From positions 702-64,701 of the forward strand of contig JBAZWR010000001.1 in the NCBI GenBank assembly GCA_041660325.1: a stretch of 64,000 bases of DNA. The letters are read 5' to 3'. The notes beneath the pieces were generated by a model. The model did not search any database. It saw only the letters and a program-made list of their open reading frames with translations, and was not told where the DNA came from. The stretch is from Thermodesulfovibrionales bacterium (GTDB lineage Bacteria; Nitrospirota; Thermodesulfovibrionia; Thermodesulfovibrionales; SM23-35). Position numbers and translations under genes: made by a program. Positions within the stretch are counted from its first letter, which is position 1. Each line of letters begins with the position of its first letter. Of the stretch, positions 53,760 through 64,000 are shown one piece after another.

Positions 53760-54596
53760 TTAGCCTGAATAACCTACAATTGAAATACCGGCTATTTTGG
53801 CTTCTTCGAGGAGTTTGTCTTTGTTGAGAATCAGACTCTTTTTTGCTTCAACACACAATACCCTTGCTTTGACTTCCTGCATACTGGATAAGGTTTGTAA
53901 TCCCACGGCGGGGACATCGAATCTCATGTCCTGATTCGGTTTGCTGACTTTTACGACAACGGCGCCTTCGCCTGCAAGCTTGCCGCCCCGTTTAATGGCT
54001 TCATCAGTGCCTTCAATGGCTTCGACCGCCATCACAGCCCGGTTCTTCACAACAACCGTTTGACCGATGTCCAGTCTCCCTATTTCTTTAGCTATCTTCC
54101 AGCCGAATTCGATATCTTTACGTTCATCATTTGAGGGTTTATTTTTGGTTAAAACACCTTCGGGCATAAGCAATCCCTTGCTGAATAAGGTTATATCGAG
54201 AAGCTCAATGCCTTCGTCAGCGAGTTCTTTTGCAATTGCCAGGAGTATGGAATCATCCCTTCTGTCTTTAAGGGTGAAGAGAAGTTTTACCGCCCTTAGG
54301 TCGGGCGTAATCTTGCTTTTATAGAGGAGTGTCTTGGATACTTTTCCGGCCATGACTGCTTCTTTAATCCCGGACTTTTTCAGTGAATTGATGAGAGTTC
54401 CTAACTTGCCGACATTCACCCACTTTATCTCATCAACATGGGAAGACAAAGACTTATCTGCCAGCGGTTCGAGAGCTATTGCACAAATGGTATACCCCTG
54501 TGACTTTGCCTCACAGGCAACAGCTATCGGCAGTTCACCCATGCCTGCAATTAATCCGAGTTTTTTATCGCTGTGTTGAATTTTTACCAAATTCAC
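53760..54596 (-). CDS. lpxI: UDP-2,3-diacylglucosamine pyrophosphatase LpxI (DUF1009)
   Basis: The sequence KLGLIAGMGELPIAVACEAK...GKVSK...DIGQTVVVKNRAVMAVEAIEGTDEAIKRGG is LpxI-like. The gene follows lpxA. The start codon is GTG. Confidence 0.8.
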   Translation of the reverse strand: MNLVKIQHSDKKLGLIAGMGELPIAVACEAKSQGYTICAIALEPLADKSLSSHVDEIKWVNVGKLGTLINSLKKSGIKEAVMAGKVSKTLLYKSKITPDLRAVKLLFTLKDRRDDSILLAIAKELADEGIELLDITLFSKGLLMPEGVLTKNKPSNDERKDIEFGWKIAKEIGRLDIGQTVVVKNRAVMAVEAIEGTDEAIKRGGKLAGEGAVVVKVSKPNQDMRFDVPAVGLQTLSSMQEVKARVLCVEAKKSLILNKDKLLEEAKIAGISIVGYSG

Positions 54597-54769
54597 CTGA
54601 TGGCACTTTTAACCTAATGTGCCTTTTAGATAAATGCATATCGAACAGTGATAATAGTGCATTAAGGAGTCGTCCGCACTCAGGCGGATTCGCCGAGGAG
54701 AACCTAAAAGCTTTTTTATCATATCAGTCTTTCAAAATTAGAACCTGTTTAGCAACATTTAGGTTAAGA

Positions 54770-55561
54770 TTACTCTTCCTGTTTTCTGCAGATTCCCCTT
54801 TTATTCTTCTGAATAAACTCGATGAGATACTTGATTTCATCGGAATAAGGGAGTTCTTCCTGGACTTTTTTGATCGCTTCCTTGAGAGTATGTTTTTCTC
54901 TGAAGAGGATCTTGTAAGCTTTTTTGAGTTCGCTGATTGTCTGGTCGGAAAAACCGTGCCGTTTAAGTCCGATCGTGTTAAGGCCGAAGAGTTTTGCCCT
55001 CGGGCCCGAGGCTATTGTATAAGGTGGAATGTCCTGCGATACGCCGCTGAATCCCCCGATCATGGTGTAGGCCCCGATTCTTGCGAACTGGTGTACTGCT
55101 GCAAGTCCGCCTATGACTGTATGATCCTCTACCGTAACATGACCGGCAAGAGTTGCTACATTTGCCATGATAATATGGTTTCCGACTTTGCAGTCGTGGG
55201 CAATATGGACATAAGCCATGAGGAAATTATTGTCCCCGATCGTCGTAGTCCCGTCGCCTGAAACCGACGCCCTGTGAATTGTGATGTATTCACGTATTGT
55301 ATTGTTATTGCCTATCTTTACATTTGTCTTTTCGCCTTTATATTTGAGGTCCTGTGGCGGCAGGCCGATGCTCGTAAAAGGAAAAACCGTGCAGTTTTCA
55401 CCTATCTCCGTATTGCCTTCGATTATTACATTAGAAATAAGTTTCGAGCCCTTTTTAATGTGGACACCTTCTCCGATAATGCAGAACGGGCCGATAACAA
55501 TGTCATCTTCTATCTCTGCATGAGAATCCACAATAGCCATGGGGTGAATTTCTTTTGCCAT
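54770..55561 (-). CDS. lpxA: Acyl-ACP--UDP-N-acetylglucosamine O-acyltransferase
   Basis: IHPMAIVDSHAEIEDDIVIGPFCIIGEGV is followed by hexapeptide repeats and the C-terminal helical domain GLKRHGFS. Confidence 0.93.
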   Translation of the reverse strand: MAKEIHPMAIVDSHAEIEDDIVIGPFCIIGEGVHIKKGSKLISNVIIEGNTEIGENCTVFPFTSIGLPPQDLKYKGEKTNVKIGNNNTIREYITIHRASVSGDGTTTIGDNNFLMAYVHIAHDCKVGNHIIMANVATLAGHVTVEDHTVIGGLAAVHQFARIGAYTMIGGFSGVSQDIPPYTIASGPRAKLFGLNTIGLKRHGFSDQTISELKKAYKILFREKHTLKEAIKKVQEELPYSDEIKYLIEFIQKNKRGICRKQEE

Positions 55562-55565
55562 ATCC

Positions 55566-56003
55566 CTATATCTCCTTATCTATAACCATTGCGGTAAAGT
55601 CAGCTTCAGCCACAATCTTGTCTTCAACTTTCGCATTACCGGAAAATTTCCATACGTTGCTTCTCTGCTGCACTATGTTGACCTCCAATTTTAACTGATC
55701 TCCGGGTACGACGGGTTTCCTGAATTTTGCCTTCTCTATACTTAAAAAATATACGAGCTGCCCGGCTGTCGCCCCTGAACGGAACGAAAGAAGACCTGCC
55801 ACCTGCGCCAGGGCCTCGACTATCAAAACACCCGGCATTATAGGGTTTCCCGGGAAGTGTCCCTGAAAAAACTCTTCGTTTATAGTAATGTTTTTTATAC
55901 CTACGGCCTTTGCTCCGGGATTTATCTCAATGATCCTGTCGACTAAAAGAAACGGATATCGATGAGGCAGAAGCTGCCGTATCTCCTTTATGTCCATCAT
56001 CAT
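55566..56003 (-). CDS. fabZ: 3-hydroxyacyl-ACP dehydratase FabZ
   Basis: The sequence [13 protein letters not shown]...[23 protein letters not shown] is FabZ-like. Confidence 0.95.
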   Translation of the reverse strand: MMMDIKEIRQLLPHRYPFLLVDRIIEINPGAKAVGIKNITINEEFFQGHFPGNPIMPGVLIVEALAQVAGLLSFRSGATAGQLVYFLSIEKAKFRKPVVPGDQLKLEVNIVQQRSNVWKFSGNAKVEDKIVAEADFTAMVIDKEI

Positions 56004-57019
56004 GCGCCCCTCCTTTCAAGCTCTCTGATCTTTTCTTCCAGTTCTCTGATTTTCTTCTGCATTTCCGGCAGTCTCGCAAATACGGCCTGTGCCTTCAGCC
56101 ACTCCCTGTGAGGCAGTGCGGGTGATCCGGAATACATTCCCTTTGTAATATGTCCCATAACGCCGGATTGAGCGCCTATCATTGTTTCGGAATCTATCTT
56201 CGTATGGTCCGCAACGCCGACCTGGCCGGCAATAGTCACATAATCGCCTATTTCAGAACTGCCTGCTATACCGACCTGCGCAATAATAATCGAGTTTTTC
56301 CCGATCCTGACATTATGCGCTATCTGGCTGAGGTTGTCTATCTTTGACCCTTTGCCGATAACGGTATTGCCTGTTGTTGCCCTGTCGATTGACACATTTG
56401 AACCTATCTCAACATCGTCCTCAATGCTGACCCCCCCTACCTGGGGGATCTTGTGGTAAATGCCTCCGTCAAAGACATAGCCGAAGCCGTCCGAGCCGAT
56501 TACGGACCCGGAATGTATAATGACCCTGTCGCCAACTTTAATTCCCTCTCTCAATGTGACATTCGGATAGATAATGCAGTTTTCACCTATTGAGGTTTTT
56601 TCTCCAATATAAACATAAGGATGAATAACGGTCCCTTTGCCGATCGAGGCGTTATCCGAGATATATGAGTAAGGGAAAACGGAGACGTTTTCAGAAAGCA
56701 TTGCCTTGTCGGATACGATCGCATCCTTGCTTATGCCTATAGGTTCCCGAGGTTTTACATAGAAAAATCCGAGCAGTTTTGCAAAGGCAAGATAGGGGTT
56801 GGGCACTTTAAGCTGCGTCATGTTTATGTCCGGAACCGGCTCTTTAATAATCAAACATGAAGCCCTGCATTGAGGAAGGTCCTTCAGATGTTTCTTGGAT
56901 GACAGAAAGGTTATATCGCCTTTTTCCGCCTCAGGAATGCCGGATACACCGGTGATATCGATGTCCTTATCGCCGATAATCTCTCCATCCACAATATCTG
57001 CGATTTCTTTTAGTTTCAT
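56000..57019 (-). CDS. lpxD: UDP-3-O-acylglucosamine N-acyltransferase
   Basis: The N-terminal domain is [17 protein letters not shown]. Hexapeptide repeats follow, with a C-terminal coiled tail. Confidence 0.93.
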   Translation of the reverse strand: MKLKEIADIVDGEIIGDKDIDITGVSGIPEAEKGDITFLSSKKHLKDLPQCRASCLIIKEPVPDINMTQLKVPNPYLAFAKLLGFFYVKPREPIGISKDAIVSDKAMLSENVSVFPYSYISDNASIGKGTVIHPYVYIGEKTSIGENCIIYPNVTLREGIKVGDRVIIHSGSVIGSDGFGYVFDGGIYHKIPQVGGVSIEDDVEIGSNVSIDRATTGNTVIGKGSKIDNLSQIAHNVRIGKNSIIIAQVGIAGSSEIGDYVTIAGQVGVADHTKIDSETMIGAQSGVMGHITKGMYSGSPALPHREWLKAQAVFARLPEMQKKIRELEEKIRELERRGA

Positions 57020-57062
57020 ATTTTGACGGGGTCCTTTTCAGGCGAAGTAACTACGGACTTTT

Positions 57063-57788
57063 TTATTTCTCCGGTTGAGTCCCGGGCTTGAGTTTGTCAG
57101 CTTCTTTTAATTCGTCATATTCTTTTGTAAAAGGGTCTGTTATATCTAAATTTTTATCGCAATACAGTATGCCGCCTTTATCAATAATTACCGTATAGTT
57201 CTCTGCCGCGCCAATCTTCCCGGTCAACTCAAGAACCTCCCGAAGTATGTTACTGTAAAGTTCCTCATATTTCCTGCCAAGTTCGGCTTCCGCATCCTGA
57301 CCAAAGCGGGACAGTTCGGTCTCCAGCTTTTCAAGTTCTTCCAGATTTTGTTTCAGCGCTTTTTCCGAAATATCCTGTTTTTGTTGTTCAAGTTCGCTTC
57401 CGAGTTTTCCTATAGCTTTATTTTTTTCCTCAATCGATGCCTGCTTTGCTTTTGCCAAAATATTATATTCAACCGTAGACTTCTTTCCGGCAAGAGATTC
57501 TTCGGCAACTTTTTGCAAATCTATGACCCCCATCTTTACGGAAATATCAACTTTTTTTGCGGTATCTTTAATTGCCCGATCAGGCATGGTCTTTGCGGCA
57601 TCTTCAACCTTTGCGGCGCCCCTTGTCTCCGGAGCGGTCTCAACCACGGCAGTATCTTCAATCTTTACAGGATTATCAACCTTTACGGAACGGGCGGAGC
57701 ATGAAAAGGACGCGATGCTAATAGCCAAGACCGGCGCTAATAACAGTGCATGAATAAATCTGCGAGGCGTTTTGTAAGGCAAATACAT
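57063..57788 (-). CDS. OmpH/Skp-family periplasmic chaperone-like protein (long N-terminal extension)
   Basis: A lipoprotein-like signal ending in SFSC is followed by a coiled-coil Skp-like region. The gene lies in the bamA-skp-lpxD context. Confidence 0.65.
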   Translation of the reverse strand: MYLPYKTPRRFIHALLLAPVLAISIASFSCSARSVKVDNPVKIEDTAVVETAPETRGAAKVEDAAKTMPDRAIKDTAKKVDISVKMGVIDLQKVAEESLAGKKSTVEYNILAKAKQASIEEKNKAIGKLGSELEQQKQDISEKALKQNLEELEKLETELSRFGQDAEAELGRKYEELYSNILREVLELTGKIGAAENYTVIIDKGGILYCDKNLDITDPFTKEYDELKEADKLKPGTQPEK

Positions 57789-57842
57789 ATGTTCCCTCTA
57801 ATGGATATTATTGCTATATGGGCTTGTTTATTGCCGTGCCGG

Positions 57843-58379
57843 TTATTTTGCCTTTGTCTCGTTATATTTTTTCATCACGGTGTCGGTAATATCGATTCCT
57901 TTGCTTGAATATAGGATTACTGTTGAAGGCAGAATAAGGGTATAGTCCCCTTCCTGTCCCAATTTATGGACTATGCCCACCAGTTCGGTCAAGATTGAAT
58001 TTTCCATTTCCCTCTGCTTTTTAGCCAATTCGGCCTCGGAATCGGATACAAATCTCCTGATATCCCTGTCCATTTTTTCAAGTTCATCTACCTTTGTTTT
58101 TTTGGCATCGTCGGAGAGAATGTTGATCTGTTTTTTCAAGTCTTCTTCCAGTTTCTTGGCTGTTGCAATCATTTTTTCCAGATCTTTTTCCTTTGACGCT
58201 TTCAGAGATTCGAGCGTGCTTCTTACTTTTTTGGCTTCATCGGATTGGTCTATCAGCTTCTGCATATCAACATAGCCTATTTTTATGGAATCGGCGGCGG
58301 AAGCAATGCCTGAAAAAAAACAAAAGACGACAAGCGCTGAAAAAAGAACAAAATACCTTCCTGCAATACTATTTCTCAT
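57843..58379 (-). CDS. skp: OmpH/Skp periplasmic chaperone
   Basis: A signal peptide is followed by KIGYVDMQKLIDQSDEAKKV... and a coiled coil. The gene is immediately downstream of bamA. Confidence 0.8.
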   Translation of the reverse strand: MRNSIAGRYFVLFSALVVFCFFSGIASAADSIKIGYVDMQKLIDQSDEAKKVRSTLESLKASKEKDLEKMIATAKKLEEDLKKQINILSDDAKKTKVDELEKMDRDIRRFVSDSEAELAKKQREMENSILTELVGIVHKLGQEGDYTLILPSTVILYSSKGIDITDTVMKKYNETKAK

Positions 58380-58402
58380 GTGCCCTCCTGAAATTTTATA
58401 GA

Positions 58403-60772
58403 TTAAAAAAATGTGCCAAAGGCGAATTCAAACCTGCCGGCTTTTTCTCCCGGCTTCTTGTCAAGATTATAACCCCATTCAAGCCTTATAGGCCCCATAG
58501 GTGAAATCCATCTTACGCCTAATCCTGCGGTATACCTCAACTTTATATCATTAAATGAATCAAAAGAACTCCCCGCATCTACAAACGCCACGCCCTTTAG
58601 TCTTATATCACTGACGAGGGGAAAGATATATTCCAGATTGAATATGAGTTCATTCTCTCCTCCAATGTAATCTCCACCTTTTTGTTTCCCTATACACTTT
58701 CCATCCTTAAGCGTTGTCCCTTCTTCGCACGTTCCATCTACGGGAGGATCAGCCACACATTGTCCGTTTACCATCGTTCCTTTTGCGCAGGTTATCGGTT
58801 GCTTTGGCCCACCTTCCCCATATCCAAGACCTCTTACCGTATAAATACCGCCGACATAAAATCTCTCATACAAAGGCAGTTCTTTGCCTCCCAGTCCGGA
58901 GGCGCTGCCAAGTCTGCCTCTTAACATAACCGTTGTGCTGCCGATCGGCAGATACCAGGCGGAATCAAGTTCGCCTTTCGCGAAATTATTCGTCCCTCCC
59001 AGTCCGGCATAGGTTATATAGACGGAATTTCTCGAACCTTTTGAAGGGTCAAGGTAATTGTCTCTTGAATCTCTTGCCAGTGAAGGGGTAATGCTGCTTG
59101 TGGTTTTTGTGCCTTCCTGATCCTTGATAATATCCGAGGCGGTGTCGGAAATATTGGTGATATTAGCATTCTCAAAATTGTAGCCGATATCGCCGGACCA
59201 GTATTCAGAAAACCTTTTGCCAAAGCTGAATCCGAAGCCTGTCGCCCTTTTATCGTAATCAATATACGTTTTTGTCGTCCTGTAAATATTCGTTGAAAAC
59301 GATATGGGTTTGTCTAAAAACCAAGGGTCTCTGAAGGAAATGTCATAATATTTTGTCATGCCGCCAAGCTCCGCGCGCAGTTTTATATACTGCCCTCTCC
59401 CGAACAGGTTGCCCTGTGACAGCTCAACCATGGCAATAAATTTTTCAACCGAGCTATACCCGCCGCCTACACTGAAAAATCCCGTCGGTTTCTCTTTTAC
59501 TTTAATATCGATGTCTACTACCTTTTCCTCCGGCTGAGGCTTCGGCGCCAGATCAACATTCTCAAAAAAGTTGAGGTTATTGATTCTTTCATAGCTTCTT
59601 TTTATAAGTGCGCTGTTAAAGGTTTCACCCTCATCAAACCGGACCTCTCTCCTGATAACCTTATCCCTGGTTTTCGTGTTGCCGATAATCTCTATCCTGC
59701 CTACTTTGTATTTTTCCCCTTCATCGATTTTCATTGCAAGTTTAACCAGTTTAGTATTGTCATCCGGGAAAAGATCGGGAGTAACGGTTATAAGGGCATA
59801 TCCGTTTTCCGAATAGAGTTCCGATATGGATATCATGTCTTTTTTCAGAGTCTCTTTACTGAAAGGCTTGCCGGCAGCCATAGTGATCCGCTTTCTGACG
59901 GCGTCATCAGAGTATGCCTTATTGCCGGATATTTGAATGGAAGATATTTTATACTGGTCGCCTTCCGAAACCGGGATGGAGATAAGCATTTTTCTCCCGC
60001 CATCCGCAAGCTCGATTTTCGGTTCGCCGATTGCTACTTTTATGTAACCATTATTCAGGTACAGGTCCCGGATTCTCTCAATATCCGTGTCCATGCGTTC
60101 TTTTTGAAAATATCCGGACGAGCTGATAAAGGAGAAAAGCCACCATTCCTTTGTCTCCATAACACCCTTTACCTTGCTTTCTTTCAATGCCTTGTTCCCG
60201 TCAATAGCGATCTTTTTGATCTTCACCTTGGGGCCTTCTTCTATCTGATAGGTAAGACCCGCCTCATTCGGTCCCAATGTTTTGACAACCGGAACAATAT
60301 GTGACAGCCAGTATCCTTCTTCTTCATAGAAGGCCCTGAGTTTATTTGCATTGTCCTGAATGAGGACCGAGTCGGCAATAGCGCCTGTTGTAACGGTTAT
60401 TTTTTCCTTCAGTTTTGCATCATCAAATTCTTTATTGCCCTGGAATTCAATTTTGACGATGGTGGGTTTCTCCTTCACGGAATAGATGAGTTTTATGCCG
60501 CCCTCGAAAGATTCAATCTCCGCCTTTACATCATCAAAATATCCCATTTTGAAAATGCTTTTGATATCTTCATTTGTTTTGTCCTGCGAGAGCGGTTCCC
60601 CGGCCTTTTGAGTGATTTTAGTTTTAACCGAGGATTCTTCTATTCTCTTGAGCCCTTGTATCTCTATCGAGTTGATAAGCGGCTGGACCTGGGCTAAAAG
60701 AGTTCCCGGCAGTATAAGTAAGGCGGTAATTATGAATAATATTCTTATATAACGCATTAGTATTTTAGGCAA
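58403..60772 (-). CDS. bamA: Outer membrane protein assembly factor BamA
   Basis: Five POTRA-like repeats (IEIQGLKRIEESSV...) precede a C-terminal beta-barrel that ends in ...RFEFAFGTFF. Confidence 0.93.
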   Translation of the reverse strand: MPKILMRYIRILFIITALLILPGTLLAQVQPLINSIEIQGLKRIEESSVKTKITQKAGEPLSQDKTNEDIKSIFKMGYFDDVKAEIESFEGGIKLIYSVKEKPTIVKIEFQGNKEFDDAKLKEKITVTTGAIADSVLIQDNANKLRAFYEEEGYWLSHIVPVVKTLGPNEAGLTYQIEEGPKVKIKKIAIDGNKALKESKVKGVMETKEWWLFSFISSSGYFQKERMDTDIERIRDLYLNNGYIKVAIGEPKIELADGGRKMLISIPVSEGDQYKISSIQISGNKAYSDDAVRKRITMAAGKPFSKETLKKDMISISELYSENGYALITVTPDLFPDDNTKLVKLAMKIDEGEKYKVGRIEIIGNTKTRDKVIRREVRFDEGETFNSALIKRSYERINNLNFFENVDLAPKPQPEEKVVDIDIKVKEKPTGFFSVGGGYSSVEKFIAMVELSQGNLFGRGQYIKLRAELGGMTKYYDISFRDPWFLDKPISFSTNIYRTTKTYIDYDKRATGFGFSFGKRFSEYWSGDIGYNFENANITNISDTASDIIKDQEGTKTTSSITPSLARDSRDNYLDPSKGSRNSVYITYAGLGGTNNFAKGELDSAWYLPIGSTTVMLRGRLGSASGLGGKELPLYERFYVGGIYTVRGLGYGEGGPKQPITCAKGTMVNGQCVADPPVDGTCEEGTTLKDGKCIGKQKGGDYIGGENELIFNLEYIFPLVSDIRLKGVAFVDAGSSFDSFNDIKLRYTAGLGVRWISPMGPIRLEWGYNLDKKPGEKAGRFEFAFGTFF

Positions 60773-60938
60773 TTACGGATTCAAAAAGTATAGCACAAAA
60801 TGAACGAGAAATAACACAACTCCTGTAGGCCGTTCGGAACGCTTGCAGATAAATCTTGATTGCGGCAGGAATTTGGTTAAAATAGAATGCAAATATAACG
60901 CATTGTTTGGGTAACTTTAAGATTAACCGGATTGTACA

Positions 60939-61601
60939 ATGGATGAATTAGTAGTAAAACGGCAGGTTGATGACCTTCTCATAAAAAGGGATTTTGAAAC
61001 TCTCGTTGTTTTGTGTGAAAAAGACAGGCGCGCCTGGCAAGAGGTACGCTATCGTCTTTATTCCCTTGACGAGAGACTCCGCTGGACGGCAATAGAGGCA
61101 ACGGCAAAGCTGATGGAAAAATGGTGGAAGTCCGGCAGTGAAGAAAAGGTAAGAAATCATATCAGGACTCTGTTTTGGTCAATGACCGATGAATCAGGAG
61201 GGATCGGATGGAGCGCTCCCCAGACCGTAGCGGAAATTATTGTAAATATTCCCGAAATAATAGACCCCTATGGCGGCATGATGATAGCTCATACAATTGA
61301 TGAGCCGCCTCTCATAAATGGCTGCTTGTGGGGAATCGGCCGTTTGGGAAGGCTCATTACCGGCTCTATAGATTTTTTTCAGGAGCGGATTTTGGCAGCT
61401 TTTCAGATTGACGATGCCGAAACCCTCGGCCTGGCATCCCGGGCAATGGGAGAGGCAGGTTTTTACCCTGCAATACCTTACCTTAAAAAAATATCTTCCC
61501 GTACCGAACCTGTCCGGATTTACGTAATGGGTGATTTTCTTGTGAAGCCATTGTGCGGCTGGGTCGAAGAAGCTTTGTCAAAATTAATTGTAATCTATTG
61601 A
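60939..61601 (+). CDS. Hypothetical alpha-helical (HEAT-like) protein upstream of dsrAB
   Basis: This 220-aa ORF has helical repeat-like composition (RWTAIEATAKLME..., GIGWSAPQTVAEII...). No motif was recognised. Confidence 0.5.
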   Translation: MDELVVKRQVDDLLIKRDFETLVVLCEKDRRAWQEVRYRLYSLDERLRWTAIEATAKLMEKWWKSGSEEKVRNHIRTLFWSMTDESGGIGWSAPQTVAEIIVNIPEIIDPYGGMMIAHTIDEPPLINGCLWGIGRLGRLITGSIDFFQERILAAFQIDDAETLGLASRAMGEAGFYPAIPYLKKISSRTEPVRIYVMGDFLVKPLCGWVEEALSKLIVIY

Positions 61602-61748
61602 TATTAAAGAATAAAGCTTCTCAAGATAAAAGCAGGAATACTCTGAAAGCCCTCTATTGCAAATGAACATTATCGCCTGCTTAAAAAAGGCGGGTATTTT
61701 TGCGCTTATTCAATCAATTCCATTAATTTGCCTATAAATATTCTATAC

Positions 61749-61777
61749 TTGACAAAAGAAAACGAGTTGAGTATCAT
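61749..61777 (+). promoter_or_regulatory. Candidate sigma70 promoter for dsrAB
   Basis: TTGACA (61749-61754) is followed by a 17-nt spacer and TATCAT (61772-61777). Confidence 0.4.
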
Positions 61778-61935
61778 TAAACACTTTTCTAAAGAAAGCT
61801 TAAAAAAAGCAGCAGGCATATTTCCGTTTAAACGTTAGTGAAAATATTCATAAGAAGGAAGGGGGTGACAAGCAGCGATACTTTTGATTCTGGTTGCCTG
61901 TATTCTATTAATAACATAGCAGAAGGAGGTAAGCA

Positions 61936-63372
61936 ATGGGAATCCCAGGACAAGAGAAGTTATGGGATAAAGAAGAAAAAGGTCACAGAACGTACAATGA
62001 CATCAGGATTTTTACTGATGAGCAGTTAAAAAATTATACAGAAGAAGAGCTGAAGAATTTTAAGACCAAGCATGACAGTAAAATGTTGGATGAATTAGAG
62101 AAGGGTCCCTGGCCAAGCTTTGTGAGCGACATAAAAAGAGAGGCTTTGCACAGACATAAATTGGGACAGGACGATCTCATGATCCCCGCAGAAATCTGCG
62201 ATGATTTGTTGGGTGTTGTAGAGCTTTCATATAAAGAGGGTGAGACCCACTGGAAACACGGCGGTATCGTCGGTGTCCTCGGTTACGGCGGCGGCATTGT
62301 CGGTCGTTATTGCGACCAGCAGGCTGCCTTCCCGAACATTGCGCATTTCCATACTATCCGTGTTAATCAGCCCAGCGCGAAATTTTATACCACCGATTGG
62401 CTGAGAGGTTTCTGTGATATTGCAGAATACCGCGGAAGCGGATTGACCAACCTGCACGGTTCTACCGGCGACCTCGTTATCCTTGGTTCATTTTCAGACC
62501 AGTTAGAGCCTTTATTCTTTGACCTGACCCATGATCTCGGAGTTGATTTGGGTGGTTCGGGCGGAAATCTCCGTACGCCTTCTGATTGTGTCGGTAAGGC
62601 TCGGTGCGAGTTCGCATGTTACGATACCATGGATCTGTGCTACAACCTGACCATGACCTTCCAGGACGAGCTGCACAGGCCGGCCTTCCCATACAAATTT
62701 AAATTTAAATTTGATGGATGTCCTAATGGCTGCGTGGCATCAATTGCCCGGTCGGATATGTCTTATATAGGCACCTGGAAAGATGACATCCGTATCAATA
62801 AGGATGCGGTGCAGGCATATGTTGCCGGTGAAATCCCGCCTGACGGAGGCGGATTTGCCGGGAGAGATTGGGGTAAATTCGACATACAGAAAGAGGTTGT
62901 AGACCTTTGTCCTACTCATTGTATGCAGTGGGACGGAAAGAAACTCGGCATTAACAATGCGGAATGCAACCGCTGTATGCATTGTATTGACGCCATGCCC
63001 GAGGCATTAAGGATAGGCGCGGATCAGGGTGTGAGTATACTTTTCGGCGCAAAAGCACCGATCCTTGAAGGCGCTCAGATGGCGTGTTTGACCATACCAT
63101 TTATGTACGTGAACAAGCCTTATGACAGCCAAAAAGCTCTTGTTGGAAAGGTTTTTGACTGGTGGATTGAAGAAGGCAAAAACCGTGAGCGTATAGGTGA
63201 AACGATCCAGCGCGTATCCTTAAAGACTTTTATTGAAGTGCTCGGGATTCCGCCTATGCCTCAGATGGTTAAAGCGCCCCGTGCTAATCCTTATGTCTTC
63301 TTTAAAGAGTCGGAAGTACCCGGAGGATGGCAGAGGGATATTAACGCTTACAGAACCAGACATCCAAAATAA
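61936..63372 (+). CDS. dsrA: Dissimilatory sulfite reductase alpha subunit
   Basis: The sequence is near-collinear with recalled Desulfovibrio DsrA: LEKGPWPSFVSDIK, ETHWKHGGIVGV.GYGGG..GRYCDQ, HRPAFPYKFKFKFDGCPNGCVASIARSD and EEGKNRERIGET. A strong SD (GGAGG) lies 7 nt before the ATG. Confidence 0.95.
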   Translation: MGIPGQEKLWDKEEKGHRTYNDIRIFTDEQLKNYTEEELKNFKTKHDSKMLDELEKGPWPSFVSDIKREALHRHKLGQDDLMIPAEICDDLLGVVELSYKEGETHWKHGGIVGVLGYGGGIVGRYCDQQAAFPNIAHFHTIRVNQPSAKFYTTDWLRGFCDIAEYRGSGLTNLHGSTGDLVILGSFSDQLEPLFFDLTHDLGVDLGGSGGNLRTPSDCVGKARCEFACYDTMDLCYNLTMTFQDELHRPAFPYKFKFKFDGCPNGCVASIARSDMSYIGTWKDDIRINKDAVQAYVAGEIPPDGGGFAGRDWGKFDIQKEVVDLCPTHCMQWDGKKLGINNAECNRCMHCIDAMPEALRIGADQGVSILFGAKAPILEGAQMACLTIPFMYVNKPYDSQKALVGKVFDWWIEEGKNRERIGETIQRVSLKTFIEVLGIPPMPQMVKAPRANPYVFFKESEVPGGWQRDINAYRTRHPK

Positions 63373-63390
63373 TACAAAGGAGGATATGTT

Positions 63391-64000
63391 ATGTCGAAAG
63401 GCAAACTTGGTTATTTTAACCCCAAAAAGCCTCAGGAAGGCAGGATAACAGATGTCGGACCGAATCATTACGGACAGATGCTGCCGCCTGTCATTAGAAG
63501 GAATTACGGGAAATGGCTTTCCCACAGAATACTTGAGCCCGGTCTTTTGGTGCATGTTTCCGAGACGGGTGAAAAGGCGTTTACTGTGAGAGCTGGTGCA
63601 CCTCGACTGATGTCAGTTGAGCACATCCGCGAAATCTGTGACATAGCCGATAAACACTGTAACGGTTATCTTAGGTTTACGACGAGAAACAACATTGAAT
63701 TTATATTAGACGATGAAGCAAAGGCAAAGGCGCTCAAGAAAGAACTCGACAGCAGAAAACATGTTGGAGGCTCTTTTAAGTTCCCGACAGGCGGCACAGG
63801 AATGGGCATAACCAATATTGTTCATACACAGGGATGGGTACACTGTCATACCCCTGCAACCGACGCCTCCGGTCCGGTAAAAGCTACCGCAGACGTGTTG
63901 TTTGATGATTTTAAGAATATGAGACTGCCGGCGAAATTGAGAATAGCCCTGGCATGCTGCCTTAATATGTGCGGTGCAGTGCATTGTTCCGATATCGCAC
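63391..64000 (+). CDS. dsrB: Dissimilatory sulfite reductase beta subunit (3' end outside the window)
   Basis: The frame opens at ATG 63391 after an AGGAGG. It reads [42 protein letters not shown]...[10 protein letters not shown]...[14 protein letters not shown]...[18 protein letters not shown] and runs off the window edge. Confidence 0.9.
   Translation, partial: MSKGKLGYFNPKKPQEGRITDVGPNHYGQMLPPVIRRNYGKWLSHRILEPGLLVHVSETGEKAFTVRAGAPRLMSVEHIREICDIADKHCNGYLRFTTRNNIEFILDDEAKAKALKKELDSRKHVGGSFKFPTGGTGMGITNIVHTQGWVHCHTPATDASGPVKATADVLFDDFKNMRLPAKLRIALACCLNMCGAVHCSDIA

Noticed and set aside
58700-58850. A Cys-rich segment in a BamA barrel loop (CAKGTMVNGQCVADPPVDGTCEEGTTLKDGKC), considered as a possible inserted domain.
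   Set aside because: As I recall, E. coli BamA also carries a variable, Cys-containing extracellular loop at the equivalent place. This is probably ordinary loop variability.

Overview
This 64-kb window looks like it comes from a sulfite/sulfate-reducing bacterium. The evidence is dsrAB at the right edge, a tRNA-Sec gene and an HAO-type octaheme cytochrome; a Nitrospirota/Thermodesulfovibrio-like or deltaproteobacterial origin is inference only. All calls rest on reading the ORF track and DNA by eye and on motifs recalled from memory. No searches or computations were run.

The left ~16.7 kb is a visibly AT-richer accessory/defence island. It contains:
- a type I R-M hsdS...hsdM pair split by a RAYT (REP-associated Y1 transposase) and surrounded by GTAG-headed REP-like palindromes, some in-frame inside genes
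- two head-to-head higBA modules
- two single-domain PilZ genes and an orphan octaheme cytochrome c
- a MerR-HTH / radical-SAM-SPASM / HD-phosphohydrolase cassette
- a gene resembling the phage thymidine-hypermodification family
- two convergent 'TIR protein + overlapping small partner' modules, one ThsB-like TIR + Nmad2-like and one TIR + unknown helical protein
- two decayed toxin-antitoxin loci

The TIR pairs and the rSAM/HD cassette are the best candidates for an undescribed nucleotide-centric defence or DNA-modification system.

The remaining ~47 kb is core genome:
- HAD hydrolase, an acyl-AMP ligase-ACP-PlsC fusion and an Arn-like glycolipid cluster
- cobO, and pyrR-pyrB-pyrC-carA-carB with a PyrR attenuator
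- an S1-domain protein, tRNA-Sec and c-di-GMP/two-component genes
- coaX, birA and usp genes
- the lpxI-lpxA-fabZ-lpxD-skp-bamA cluster

Other oddities are heptamer micro-arrays inside carA and carB, and two candidate structured ncRNAs in long intergenic gaps.
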